DNA of 64,000 bases from Pelomyxa schiedti. Its lineage: Eukaryota > Protista > Evosea. The translations under genes and the position numbers were made by a program. Each line of letters begins with the position of its first letter. The first letter of the stretch is position 1. A model generated the notes under the pieces. That model saw nothing but the letters and a program-made list of their open reading frames with translations. It made no database searches and was not told the origin of the DNA. Location of the stretch: positions 64,001 to 128,000 of the forward strand of contig JAHLWZ010000807.1 in assembly GCA_020536535.1 (NCBI GenBank), in the 5' to 3' direction. Shown one piece after another: positions 11,906 to 24,300 of the stretch.

Positions 11906-14083
11906 TTATTTTGTCTTTTTGTTTGTCCAGTAGCCAATGGGCAGGGTTGTGGAACTTGGGCGAATCGTCAGAGTTCCATCAGAGTTCGAGGTTAGAGTTC
12001 CGTAGATAGTGCCACTGTTGGAAAGGGTAGTGATGAGACTCTCGGCAGTTACAACCCAAGTGGAGCTGGTATCCACGGTCACAGTGATATTGTTGTACCC
12101 GTTGTAGTAGAGCTTGTTGGCCACTTGGGCAAGGCTAAAGTACTCATTTATCGTGAAGTATGTGTTCTGGTAGGAAACCCAGGATTCACTTGCTTTTACC
12201 TATGTGGCTCTGAGTGCGATGTGAAGTTTTCCTTATTGAGCATACTTGGGCGTTTTTAATTGCTAAGCTTCCTTCGTATGTAACATGAATTGTGGCAGTT
12301 GCAGCAATAGCAGCATTCAATGTTGCCCCGTTGGAGAGTGTTACTTCCAGTGAAGGAGCTTTCTGCCCATAGTAACCAGCACCGTGGTAGATATCACCAG
12401 TGACTGTAACGGCGTCAAGAGTGAGTGAGGCTTTGTTGTCAGATCCCGCGGAAGTTGGAGCCGGCCAACCAGCTGCCTCGGAATGGAAAGTGTTGAAGGT
12501 GATAGGACTTAGATTAGAAGTTCCTGTTGTAGTATCATCGTTGTCCATTACCTGCTCCCACTGGTCAGAAATATGAATGTGTGTAAAGATTTATTCCACC
12601 TGCATAAGAATGCCATTGCCAGAAGATATAACGGAGCCAGAGGTGACACTGTACGAAGCAGAACAGCCCGTCATTACCACGAAGGTTGTCCACCCAGTTG
12701 TAACCACAGTTCCTCTTTCAATTACAACTGATGAATTGAATTCATGCGCGGCGAATCCAAAGGTGTCAGACAGAAGTGTGCTGACTTTGCTTTCCGTTGC
12801 TGTGTAAGTCTTTGAAGCAGATCCATAGGCGTCGTAAAGAACATAAGTTTCTCCTGCTACGAGGTCTGTCCATGTGCACTTACCACCAGTTAATACAGCG
12901 CACTGTGTGCCAACGCTTAAGGTTACTCCGTACCAATGAGTTATTGCATCTCCAATGAGGTATGTGCCATAGCCAGAACGGTTTGTATAGGGATTTGGGG
13001 TTTGAAAAGGAACAGTCCCGTCTGAATTGGCCTGTTGCATAGGATAATCTGCCCCCAAGAGTGTAATCTTAGTATTTACGACATTCATCACGGGGTTTTC
13101 TGGAAGGTCGATTGACAGAACTGCCCACTGTGCAGCAGCCACTTCTGAATCTATCATATGCAGTGTTGGATAATCTCCTAGCAACAATACAGTTCGACTA
13201 GTCCCCATGACACCTTAACATTTGGTTGGTGTGCACAACGAAAGAAGGGAAAGAATAAAAACCTAGAGTCCAGGGAGCAGCGACCATAGAAGATTCTCCT
13301 GCATTGTTTACATAATCGCTGTATAAGGTTCCACCCCAGCTGGTAATCTTGCTTTTTTCTACAGAAACTATGCCCCCTGAGTCCACAAATATAGCAGATT
13401 TCGCAACTCCTCGCGTATAGATTGTAGTGTTTGTTATGGAGAGCTTTGTTCCTCCAAACACAGCTATTCCTGCTCCGAGACCAGTGAAGTCACTCGTATC
13501 CTTTCCGTCAGCAGTTGTCACGTCTTCAATTACCGCATTGGAAAGGCTGTAAGCGGCTCCAGAATTCAATATGACAGAGTTGAAACCACTAAACTCGGAG
13601 TAGAGGTCGACGGTAGAGCTTCGCTTGATACAATCAAAAACAGACTTGGCTTTCACACACCCGGTGGAATCAAAGTAGTAACCAGGGCGGTATGCATAAA
13701 CATCCCTTGTCGCTGACTGCTCCAACTCAGTAAGGGAGCCAATTGTGCCAACTGCTGAAGTAGTCACACTTGTTACTTTGCCGGTTGTACAAGCAGAGCC
13801 ATCAGTGGAGCTGATTGGAACTCCGCTGCATAGATATGTGATATATGATGTAGGTGGTGTATATAAGGTGGAATTTGTTCTTTCTGGCACCAAGGAAGAA
13901 TTATAATGCCGTCTCACCTGGAAAGTGAGGTTGGTCTGTCACTAAGAAATGAAACCATTATTACGTGGCAATGAGAGGGGAAAATACATGTGAGGAGGAC
14001 TCTGAGAGAAAGCATAGAGACAACAGAAAGAACAAGGAAAGGTGAATGTTGTGAATGACAGCTCTCGCCACGACGTGTCTCAT
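11906..14083 (-). CDS. Secreted Ser/Thr/Gly-rich right-handed parallel beta-helix (pectin-lyase-fold-like) protein, multi-exon
   Basis: Exon 1 (14083..13988) encodes a signal peptide, MRHVVARAVIHNIHLSLFFLLSLCFLSESSSH. A 67-nt GT-AG intron (13987..13921) follows. Long exons 13917..13198, 13208..12591, 12548..12186 and 12124..11906 are rich in T/S/G/V/N, with repetitive …GGTKLSITNTTIYTRGVAKSAIFVDSGGIVSVEKSKITSWGGTLYSDYV… motifs typical of beta-helix repeats. There are no internal stops over about 2 kb. Function is inferred from composition only. Confidence 0.45.
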
Positions 14084-14532
14084 TGCAATGCCAATGCCTA
14101 GGGGATATTCTGGTATTTCTTTATCTTTGTTTGCTTATTTGGGGCACCACTCCCCCACTCTTTACATTCATTTCCGGAGATCGCAACGCATGTTCAGCAT
14201 TGTGTGTCAGTTCCGGTCATTTTCTACTTTTTTTTTACCAAATGAGGAACGCAGGTACACCTGTTTCCGTAGGTTTCCGTAGTCTCACTAATGTCACGAA
14301 ATTGCACACAACGTGTCCGAAATGCCTTTCGCTAACGTGAGGCTTATTGATGACACAATTCCAGCAGTGGTGTCGTGCTCGAACAGTCTTCAAAGGTGAT
14401 AGATTCCTTCCTCTTCTGGTGACACGAGCGGAGGATAAGACACCACAATATCCTTCCTCATAGTACGTAGTAAAAAATGCTGGTTCCTTTCTGATTTGTG
14501 GTAACAGAAAAAGGAGCACACAACAAAAAGTT

Positions 14533-14814
14533 TCAATCACAAGACTGTTTGTGGTGTGGGGTAGAGTTTTGTTGGCAGTTTTGGAAGTAATGACTGCAGT
14601 CTGGACAAGGTTCCATCCAGGAGATATCCCCGAAAAACTCGCTATCTCCCACGCTGCTACGCCGACAATGTGCACACGTCCCCAGCACATTATTGTGTTT
14701 TTCGTTTGTTAGCAACACGAGAAATTTTCTGTGCTCCTGGGCAAAACTAGGAGATCCGATGTAGAATCTGCTTAAGTTGTGGTACTTGGAGGACTCTGTG
14801 AGGCGTGATAACAT
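14533..14814 (-). CDS. Small zinc-ribbon protein (CxxC-x21-CPxC), N-terminus resembles a mitochondrial presequence (MLSRL…), possibly Zim17/DNL-type-like
   Basis: 93-aa ORF: MLSRLTESSKYHNLSRFYIGSPSFAQEHRKFLVLLTNEKHNNVLGTCAHCRRSSVGDSEFFGDISWMEPCPDCSHYFQN…. The cysteine spacing is identical to Zim17/Hep1 (CxxC-21-CPxC), but the DNL motif is absent. It may not be a real gene. Confidence 0.25.
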   Translation of the reverse strand: MLSRLTESSKYHNLSRFYIGSPSFAQEHRKFLVLLTNEKHNNVLGTCAHCRRSSVGDSEFFGDISWMEPCPDCSHYFQNCQQNSTPHHKQSCD

Positions 14815-15038
14815 TGATGAAGAAAAATTGCCTGTTCTTTTTAATAAACAACCTCAAACAATAATACATAGGGCCAAAACGAATAGTAACAGAATGGGGA
14901 GTGTGGAAGCAGCCTTTGGGGCAGAGTTGGAATTGGAGCCAGACAGTACCACTACATCCACAACAATGCAGGAATCTGGGTCAGTGTGCTGTGTGACCTT
15001 TTTGGTAATTGTAATTACTTTTGTATGCTTGTTGTGAA

Positions 15039-17967
15039 TTAACATACATTGCCTTGGTATAGATCGCTGTTCTCATCAATAACAATATCCTCCATAATGA
15101 GTATTACTTCATCTGTTGTGAAATCCACACAAATAATTGTGAAATTGACTGAGACATCAGTCATTATCACAGTTATTGCTGATGTGCCAGTTTCCCTCTT
15201 CTCACCGGTGCATGAGGAATCCATTCTCAATGAAATAGAGTTCACATAAACATAGTCTGAGCTAGTTCCCAAAGCAGAAGCTATGTCTTGGGAAAACTGA
15301 GAACCAAAGGTAGATGGCAAGGTGGATATGCACTCTGTATTATGTTAGCGTTCCGTGGGGTGGCCAAAACTGCTCACCAGAGAAGACCAATTGAAGGCCA
15401 AAGGTGACTCTTGGTTCATCTGAGAGCGTTACATTCCCTCAAGAAAGACACTAGTAAATACCTGGTTGCTTTACACTGCTACACACGTCAGACCAAATCA
15501 ATGCACTAGTGCCGGGGAAACACCCCCGGGCACAGTCCCGCGATGGTGGCGGAATGCCGGGTCCATAGCAAACAGTGTCTATATAGCATGAGCCGGCGCT
15601 CACACAAGAGCAAACTGCCGCGGGTTTTGGGTCAATCCTGTTACAAATACAATTGGTAGGAACTGTAGCACAATCGACGCAAGCGTCAGTTAAGGTACTT
15701 TTTGTTGGTAAGTAAATTGTGAAAGGGTGTTACAGGAACAATACCAGTACGGAATCGTAGAAAGCTTGCTTGTTTCCCCGTACACATAGGTTGCTTCTAG
15801 ATTTCTATTGTTACAGGTTAATTGTTATTAAGCAGTAGTTGAATTAAAAAATTACAGGGTTTGTAAGTAACCAAGAGCGGACAAAGAAGAAGGGATTGTG
15901 CCTCCAATATCAGTATTACGAAGTGAACTGCACAAGTAAAGTTACTTTACTTGCTTAAGTGAAGAGAAATACAGATCACGCAATGATGATAAGTTCCCAA
16001 AAGTTTCTGGTATTGTGCCAGAAATATCGTTCTGCTGGAGATGACTAGAAAAATCAGCCAAAGTTATAATTGTATGTTGGTTACAGAATTTGTAGTTTAC
16101 TCATGTTCCCAATCTCCAAGGGTATTGTGCCTTGCAGACTATTGTCATTGAGATAAAGTGCTGTTAGTGATGACAAAGAGGAAAAGCAGGCAGGTATTCC
16201 TCCTGTGATATTGTTTACTGAGACATCTCTAACACTGTAAGACTAAACAATAATTTTTCAAAAATACAGGTTCTGTAGCATTTGAAGCAAGCAGAATGTT
16301 GTAGGTATTTGGCTATCAAAGTGATTCCCTCCAAGGTATCTTCAGAAAAATTAGGGAAAGAAAAGGAAATGCAATACTACAAAGAATTAATCTGTGTAAG
16401 GCTAGACAAAGCTGGCAGAGAGCCAGAAAATGAGTTTTCTCCAAGATTTCTTGTTCAATTAAATAAAAAAAGAAAAAAAAATAGCTATTTACATGTATGT
16501 GAGGCTTGACATTGAAGAGAGGGATGCAGGGATTGTGCCACGAATCTCGTTTTGAAAAATAGACCTTTGTTGCATGAGCACGAATGGGGGACTAAAGTCC
16601 TTACAGGGTAACTAGATTTGACAGGTTTGAGATAGATTCTGGCAGGCTGGTCAATCCATTATAATCGATTACTCTTTTGTTTTTTTTTTGTTTGGAAAAA
16701 AATCACTGGAGTGAAAATCGTACAAGGTTCTCAGCCCTGTGTTCACCACAGTGACGTTAGGAAATGGCCCAGAGAACGAGTTCGTGCTAAGGAGACTGAA
16801 AAAGAATTAAAAAGAGGGATAGAGGTCTTTTCAGAGAAACATTTCATTTGCAGGAAGACGAAACAGGCTGGAAGGTATAGTTCCCGTAAAGTTATTTTCC
16901 CGCAAGTCTCTGGCACACCTTAGCGCATACATGATGTTGTGAAGATAACATACAAAAACCAAAGGCTTTGTGCATTTCCAAAGGATGTTGGGATTGAACC
17001 ATGGATTTTGTTTGATTGCAAATCTCTGAAAAAAAAAATGGTTACATTGCCAGTGCATTAGAATGGACATGCGTACAGATCAATGAGTGACCCAATAAAA
17101 TGGAAATCTGGCATGGTTCCTGTTATCGCGTTGTGACACAAAGAACTACTCAATAATGAGCTTTCAAACGTATTGAACAACATACATGCGCTGAAGGAAC
17201 GGAAGGGGCGCCAGTGTATCGAGTGTACCTCCAATCCAGTTGTCATTGAGAGCTCTAGAGATTATCAGTAATAAAATTGATTTCAATGTGCACACAATGT
17301 CCGTAGGTTCACAAGCTGTGATAACGTAGTAGGAATTGTACCCGAAAGAGCACTGTTACTTATCCGCCTTTGTAAGAGACTGCATTTAGAACAAGGAGAA
17401 AACGAAGTTGGCCATACAGCAGTTGAAGGGTGGTGAGATTCCCCAGGGAGTCTGGAAGCGGACCAGTAATGCCACAAGCAAAAAAGACCCTGACAAGAAT
17501 GAGAGGAGTTCCAAAACCAGAGGGAATCAGACATTTCTGTGATGTTTCCAAAAGCTGACACACATGACGGCAGTGATCCCACCATGGGTTCATAAGATAA
17601 CTCCCTAAATTAAACACGCAGGGGTGTGAGTTTCATTACATAATCATTCTGAAATAATTCAACTCCATAAGCAACACATTATTTAGAACAGAATAGAATA
17701 GAATACACACAGTTTCATCAGATGATAGTCACTCCAACAAGTCACCCCTTTTAGGGGCATATCACACGCAGTTGAAAATGTACAGGGATTAACAGAAACA
17801 TTCCCCCAGCCGGTCACACCCATAAGCTTCATTTGGCAAAGGCAGTCCGCCTCCATTTGCCACGAGTCCCTTTTGGCCAAAATTGCGCTGCAGCATTGAG
17901 CCCCGAGCACGACGGCAACGGCTACTACAACGGCTGCAGCAATCCCACAACGCGCACACGGCATCAC
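15039..17967 (-). CDS. Plant-type LRR receptor-like protein: signal peptide, LRRNT_2 cap, more than 10 PS-LRRs spread over many small exons, C-terminal Cys-rich domain, no kinase domain
   Basis: Start 17967: MMPCARCGIAAAVVVAVAVVLGAQ (signal peptide), then …WGNVSVNPCTF…KGVTCW (LRRNT_2). LRR exons: GITGPLPDSLGNLTTLQLL; LSGTIPTTLSQLVNLRTL; NAITGTMPDF; NNFTGTIPSSLF; NEIRGTIPASLSSMSSLTY; GLTSLPESISNLSNLVTL; NNITGGIPACFSSLSSLTALYLNDNSLQGTIPLEIGNMSKL; NDISGTIPETFGNLSSLRDLYF; TDIGGTIPSSLSALGYLQTL. Cys-rich exon around 15700..15500: DACVDCATVPTNCICNRIDPKPAAVCSCVSAGSCYIDTVCYGPGIPPPSRDCARGCFPG. The 3' end around 15039 is uncertain. Confidence 0.7.
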
Positions 17968-18445
17968 GTGCTTGGTGTTTTTATATTAGTTAGTAATTTG
18001 TGGCCAAGGGGCACACTATGAGTGATTCCCTTTTTCGATTTTCCGTTTGGCGACTTCGAAGGCACGCCCTACTGCGATCTATTACCATCTAGTGATATTA
18101 CCGGCTCTTGCACGTCCCTTAGGTGCAATTCTTTGATCGTTACACTAACGGAGATGAGGCTCACTAGTGTCCCTTCCGATCTGGGCGAAGAAGATCATTG
18201 CTGCGTGAGGGTGGCCGTTTTATGCCGTGGAGAAGTGCAGTTTCGTTACGGCATTTGTTGTTACATAAAATCAAAATTTGGTGTCTGCCGGCAAGGGACG
18301 GCACGGAGTGTCGTTGCCGGAATCTGCGCATGTGCCTTCGCTACAAATAAGCATGCGGCATGCTGTGCAACAAAGAATTGTGGTTCCGGCTGTGCAAGAA
18401 TTGTTAAAGTTCCATATAGGGCATAAAGTGAATTTGAATTTGGGC

Positions 18446-20780
18446 TTAAGTACCTTTCATGAGAGCACTGCATATAGCACAAGGAATGTCATTGTCTGTA
18501 GTGGATGGAATGAAGTTGTGTGATTTGTTTTCATTGGTATGGGCTGTGGCTGCTGTAATAGTTGCTGTGTTGCTGTGGGAATGCACGTGGGCGTGGACGT
18601 GGCTGTGGCTGTGAGTGCGGCTGTGACTGTGACTGTGACTATTGCTGCGGTTGCGTGTTGTGCCCTGCAAAAGCACCGAGGATGAAGCGCTTGGTCGTAG
18701 CTTTTGGAACGCTTCGTGAGTTGGGGATGTGTCTTGATCACTGAGAGCTCCGGGATCCATATCCTCGGACTTGGCGCTTGCGGTGGAGTTGCGCCTTCCG
18801 CTTGTTTTTGATCCGCGTTCACTAGAAGATGCATCTTCAGTTGAACGCGGGGTGACTCTTGGTGATTCCCTTTCCATTTCCGGTATGTTCAGCGCTGGAA
18901 TATTTAGTGGAGGGCCACCCTCTTTGTCTCTCCGTTGTTTTCTTTCTTCTCTTGCTTTCTTTCTCTCTTCTCTTGACTTCCTTAGTTCTCCAGTTGGTCG
19001 AAATTCCCCTTCGACGTCTTGGCCTGGGCTTCTGCTCTCAAATGATTCCTGCAGTCCCTCAACTCTCTCTACTTGTCCAGTACTGAGTCTTCTTTCAGAT
19101 CCCCCAATGGCTCTTTCAATTTCTTCTGCTTTTCTTCTAGCATCTTCTAGGCGGTTGTGCTCCCCTGTCATATCTTTGCCTGATGTGGAGAGCGGATTGT
19201 GTATATCCAAAGTTGACTCGTCTTTGTGTTCAGTTTTTATAATGTCAATTTCGTGCTTTGAGTGACTTCGGCTCCTTTTTTCCTTTTTAAGTTCCGGTTC
19301 AGGGGAAGTATCCGGTGTTCCATGAGCCTCGGGAGGGACAAACGCAGGGACAGGATTTAATTCTCGGTCATCACCGTCTTTATGGGTTTCAGTAGCGCAC
19401 GAAGGGTCACTCTTCCTGTCACTGGGTGGAGGTGTTTTCTTCCTCGAGAGTAGTAAAAACGAACCTCCTCCAACGGAAGTTTGGTTCCTAGACTTCGAAC
19501 TACTGAGGCTAGGAGAGCTTTGAGACGGAGTTAACTGGGAGATGTGTGACCGAGAAAGCTTCGGGGATTGGGTCCCAGTCTGTTCTGGCGGGGTATCGGT
19601 GTTCCTGGGGGATAGGGAGGAGCTAGTTGATGGCGGTGGTGCCAGAGAGTTTGAAGGTGGTGCTGCTGGGCCTGATACCGACATACTTTTACTGTGCCCA
19701 TGTCGAAGTGAAAGAAATGTTGCAGCACGACGAACTTGTGATAATGACGAAGGTGATGAAGCAGAGGGTGATGTAGGCGAACTAGAAAGTGATGCATAGC
19801 TAAGACTAGGGGCTGTGAGCCCATTGAGTAATGCTTGGGCCTCAGGACTTAGTGGGAGGGGTTGTTTTACATGCTCACGTGGGGAGGTAGGCGGGGATAT
19901 TCGAAATCGGATGCCGCTATCCTCCTTTACACAAGAAGTAATGTTTTCGGCAGAAGGTGCTCTCCGTCGAGTGGGTGTTTCAACTGCAGCCACTACTGGG
20001 GCGGATTTAACATCCTCTTCTGGAAAAGCTTGTATACTTTATTAGGAGTAAGATAAGGGGAGGGGCTAACGTGGGGGTTCTCCAAAGGCATAGCAGCCAA
20101 TTCCAGATTTGGGATGAACGAATGTATAAAACAAAAGTCTTCTGTATGTCACCAAAAAAGTAACAGTACGGAAAGTGTTACCTTGAAAAATAAAACATCC
20201 TCGTAATAAAATAGCCTTTGAGAGAGATTGTCTTCACGGAAGTAAAGTTCACTGGGTGCCAAATGATAATTGAACCTTCTTGGTCACATGAACACATATA
20301 ACTACGGAGAACAATGTAATAGGCTTCTTTTAATCAGTGGGACTACCTTTCACATGGTGTAAGCCAGGTGATGTCCGCATCATGGCCTACAAGAGTAGCA
20401 ACTATATTCTACAAAGAGTCAATAGGCACTGTAAACAACTCCCTTACTTTTTTATCGCAATCAAACACTAATATCTTTGCTTTACTAGCTGCCCATACAC
20501 GCTTATTAAGATAAATGCATGATGAAAACCGAGCGGCAATATCTGCCAATACTATAGACAAAGAGCAGGGAGGAAGTAAAAATAACCTGTTATCGATCTC
20601 TGAGTAGTCATAGTTAAAGCATCCAGAATAACAACTTTATTCCAACATCCGACCCATACAGTGTCGTCACAGTCACATAAAACCATGAAGTTAATGTTTA
20701 CGGTTTTGTCAAATGTGACACGGTTAACAACTTCACGCGTCTGAGGTACGTTATTTGGCATTCACATGGTTTTGAGATAC
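18446..20780 (-). CDS. WD40-repeat protein with a long Ser/Pro-rich disordered C-terminal exon (1.5 kb single exon 18446..19993)
   Basis: WD-like exons around 20170..20770: …VNRVTFDKTVNINFMVLCDCDDTVWVGCWNKVVILD…; ASKAKILVFDCDKKVRELFTV; TLVGHDADITWL; SCDQEGSIIIWHPVNFTSVKTISLKGYF. A large open exon 19993..18446 is Ser/Pro-rich, with an (HS)n/(SH)n tract near its C-terminus and ending …DNDIPCAICSALMKGT. An acceptor (…cccag) lies just upstream of 19993. The join between the WD exons and the S/P exon is inferred. Confidence 0.4.
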
Positions 20781-21306
20781 CGAAGGATCAACTGAAACAA
20801 TTGTATATTCAGTTGGGCAGGAACTCCAAACTCGTATGGTGTCCTTTGCCGTTACTAACAGAAGTTGGGCTATAGATTGTTTGAACCCATGGAGAGGAAG
20901 TTCTTCTTTTTTTGTCATAGTCTGAAAGAGATGAATTTGAAAAGAGTGAAAATGAGGCGGACCTGTAAGTCGAATACTATTACAATACCCAATTCAGAAC
21001 TGGCCCAAAGTTCGTCCTTTACAAAAATTATGCTATATATCCTTGTTTTATGTTCCAAATCTAGATTTGGCCCTAGGGAAGAGCCTTTACTTTTTGTTAA
21101 GTGCCGCACAGTCCCATCTGCAAAAGAAAACTGGAAGAAATTAGTACAAAGACAAATAGAGGGAAACAACCCACAATGCACCCGCATTTTCAGTGATGCA
21201 CCAGGACTTAGCTTCATCATAGACTTGCCACAAAGATGAAACCTCTGGCAACTCGGGAAGCTCAACACCTAGTTTGGCAGAAAGATTCAGTACCCTGTGA
21301 GAAGGT

Positions 21307-24300
21307 TTAAAACGAACGTGGTTCCTCTTCTTTTTCTTCCATCGGTCTGTGAGGCAGCTCCAGCATGTCCTCAAGCTCAGAAGTCAGGCTTTCAGCTGAA
21401 GGTCTCAAATTTGGAACCCGGTTCCAGCAATTATGCATCATTTTTGCCAACTTTCTAAAATTCGAATGTTACATATGACTAAGCTACTGGGACTAACTTG
21501 GGACAATTATCTGGGATGGTGGGGCGAAGATCCTCTTGAGAGATCGCAATTTTAATATTTTGTTCCCGCCACTCTACACTAGTTCCTTTTTTCCGTGAGT
21601 ATTTCGGATTCTCGGCATATTCTGGGATCAATGTTAAACAAATCCTAAAATGTGACCTGGTACCGTCGTATGGATACATCCTTGTAACAAGTTCATAATA
21701 TACAATTCCAAGGCTGAAGATATCAGATTTTTCATCGTACTCTTCAGAGTGACAATCAATTACTTCTGGAGCTAACCACTAAAATAGTAAACAAAATATT
21801 ATTGGTATTATGGTTTGGATACCTGCCACGTGCTTAGGTTCCCGGCGACTTTTCCTGCCGCTCTAACACTAAGTCCAACTGTGGGCAAGTTAAGAAAACA
21901 ACCAAAGAATCTTATTGTGTTTCATTTATAACCCAAGCAAGTTGAGTTGAAGGATACAATCTGCAACTTTAGCTCTTACAGGTGCTTTAGGGTCAAAACA
22001 AAGCATCTGAAATTGTAAAGGGATAAAATGAAAACTACTCTACAAACAAATATGTTGGGACTCCGTAGATCTCTGTGGACGACTGGGGGCTTAAGTGTAT
22101 GCAAGTAGTACATTCCTATGGTGATGTCCAAGGCAAGAAGGAGTCGGAACCGCCAACTAAATTCCCGTTATGTTAACTAATTATGCATAGAATGTGAAAT
22201 AAACTTCATAGGGAAATTGTATGCTTCTTCTCCATTTGGGTAATCATCCAAAGCAGTTGTAAATGGTGGGGGAATGAAATCTTGGAATTATGAGTCGATG
22301 AATAAAAGTGGAGGATACCTTCTTGAGAATTAGCCGATTTGTGGAGGAGATCAAAAAGAGTGCCACAAGGAATGAATTCCATCACCATCATCGGAGGCGA
22401 CATACATACACCCAGGAGCTGTACAACATATGGGTTATCAAGGGCACTTGAAATATGTTAGGTGAATTTGAGACAACAACATTGTAACCTCATTAGCATA
22501 GCCTCCTTTCTAAATTCGGCAAATTTTTCTTTCGGATCATCACCCTCATGAAAGAGAAGCTCTTTGACGGCAACAACTTGCCCACTCAATTCCCCTTTTG
22601 CGAAAGATTGGTATTGCCGCCACTTACCCTCTTAGAAAACCTTTATAAACTTTTCCAAATCCTCCAGACGCGATCAAAGTGAGATTTGTCAAACTTTCTC
22701 TGCTAATTTGACCTTTTTGCCCAAGAGTAAGCTCTGGGGCAAGTTTGTCCAGTCTCAGTGGAATATTTTCGTTCTAAGGGGGTTACTGATTATTATAATG
22801 TTGTAGACGCACTTTGCAGATCAATGATTTATGAGATGATATGGATTCAACAACTTCATCCAACGTGAACTGGTGTGGTTGTGGTGTTGCTGGGTTGAGG
22901 GGGAGTGGACAATGGTTGCAAGTTATCAATCTTTGTAGCTCTAGCTGCACGGACCTTGGAATTATTAATCTAGTTTGCTGAAATGTATGCGCTTACTTGT
23001 AGAAGCATTCAACGGTAGTGTCCACACATTCCATGGTGTCAGTTAGGACATCTGGTCTCTTGTGAAAGTTAAACACAAGTCCTAGAATGTATCTACACAC
23101 AATATCTTGGTGTGCTCGAACTCTGACAAATAAACTAGGGTTGTTTCCTGATGTGCAATCAAAATAGATATATAAGGTCTGGCATCTGGCATCTTCAAAG
23201 AAATTTGTAAGCACTCTCTAAGGAGGAATCCCATACCAAAGGGAGTGAGAACCTCTAATCTAATATTGTTTTTCCAAAAAGCTTTTCTTCCAATGCCATG
23301 AAAATGAAGAATACGAACAAGAAGTCTTCCAAACAAGCCCATGGGCAAGCAAGGAAAGACAAACACCCTTTCTGCCCCAATAAACACTCAGGCAATATAT
23401 AAAATATACAAACCATATTGTATGAACTTGTCAAGAGGCGAGGCAGGCCAAATTTTTGCAGCATCTGGCGGTTCGTCATCAGGGAGAGCACTGATTTGCG
23501 TCAAACAAAAAAAAGGAGAAAAAACAAAGAAAACCAGGGTACAAGGAACCCCTCGCGACCATCACTCAAGGCTATTGGATGAATAATCAGGTACAGGGAC
23601 AAAAGATCTGTTGAAAGTTTAGCACTAAAAACGTGAAACTGATGACCTATTAAAGAATTGTGATCTCTGACATCATATTTGCCCCATATGTGGAGCAAAC
23701 AATCTCGAGCTATAAACCCATTTATAATCATCGTTGTCTTATTGTGTTGGCTATTACTCTATGTAAACAAACTACCTTGAATGTAATCATGGTGCACATC
23801 AAATCTTTGAAGTGGTATATCGAATTTATGTTAGTTATAATGGCCCCAAATAGGAAGAACTATGCCTGCCAAGTACTGGGGGTTCAGTACAACAAGTTTA
23901 CCAAGTTCTGAGTAACTGTTTTCATAAAAAATGATGGAACCAACAGAGTGGAGGAACTGTGCTGCCTTGTTTCTGGTGAGGCACATAAATTATTCCTGTT
24001 CCTTACTTGTTTGATTTTACTCTCATCCTCAATTTGGACTTGGTTAGCCAGTTCAACAAATTCATTCCAGTGGAGAGTATTAGAAGTTAACCGTTTGCGT
24101 GTTATTTCTTTGTCAAGGAGGATCCAGCTTCCAGGCACCTAAGACCTCTTAAAAGAATGATTTGGTGAATTCACGTCATACCCTCTCTCGAAGGACCATT
24201 TGCTTTGAAATGGAAGTTTTGATGATACAATTCTGCAAATCCCCAATTTTACCCTCCAAAGTACTAACAGGGATGCAGTCCACTAAAGACCCTATGCAGC

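Noticed and set aside
18022-18426. Cys-rich 134-aa plus-strand ORF (MIPFFDFPFGDFEGTPYCDLL…)
   Set aside because: No start context, no homology and no splice partners. It sits in the short spacer between two minus-strand genes, so it is probably a chance ORF or UTR.
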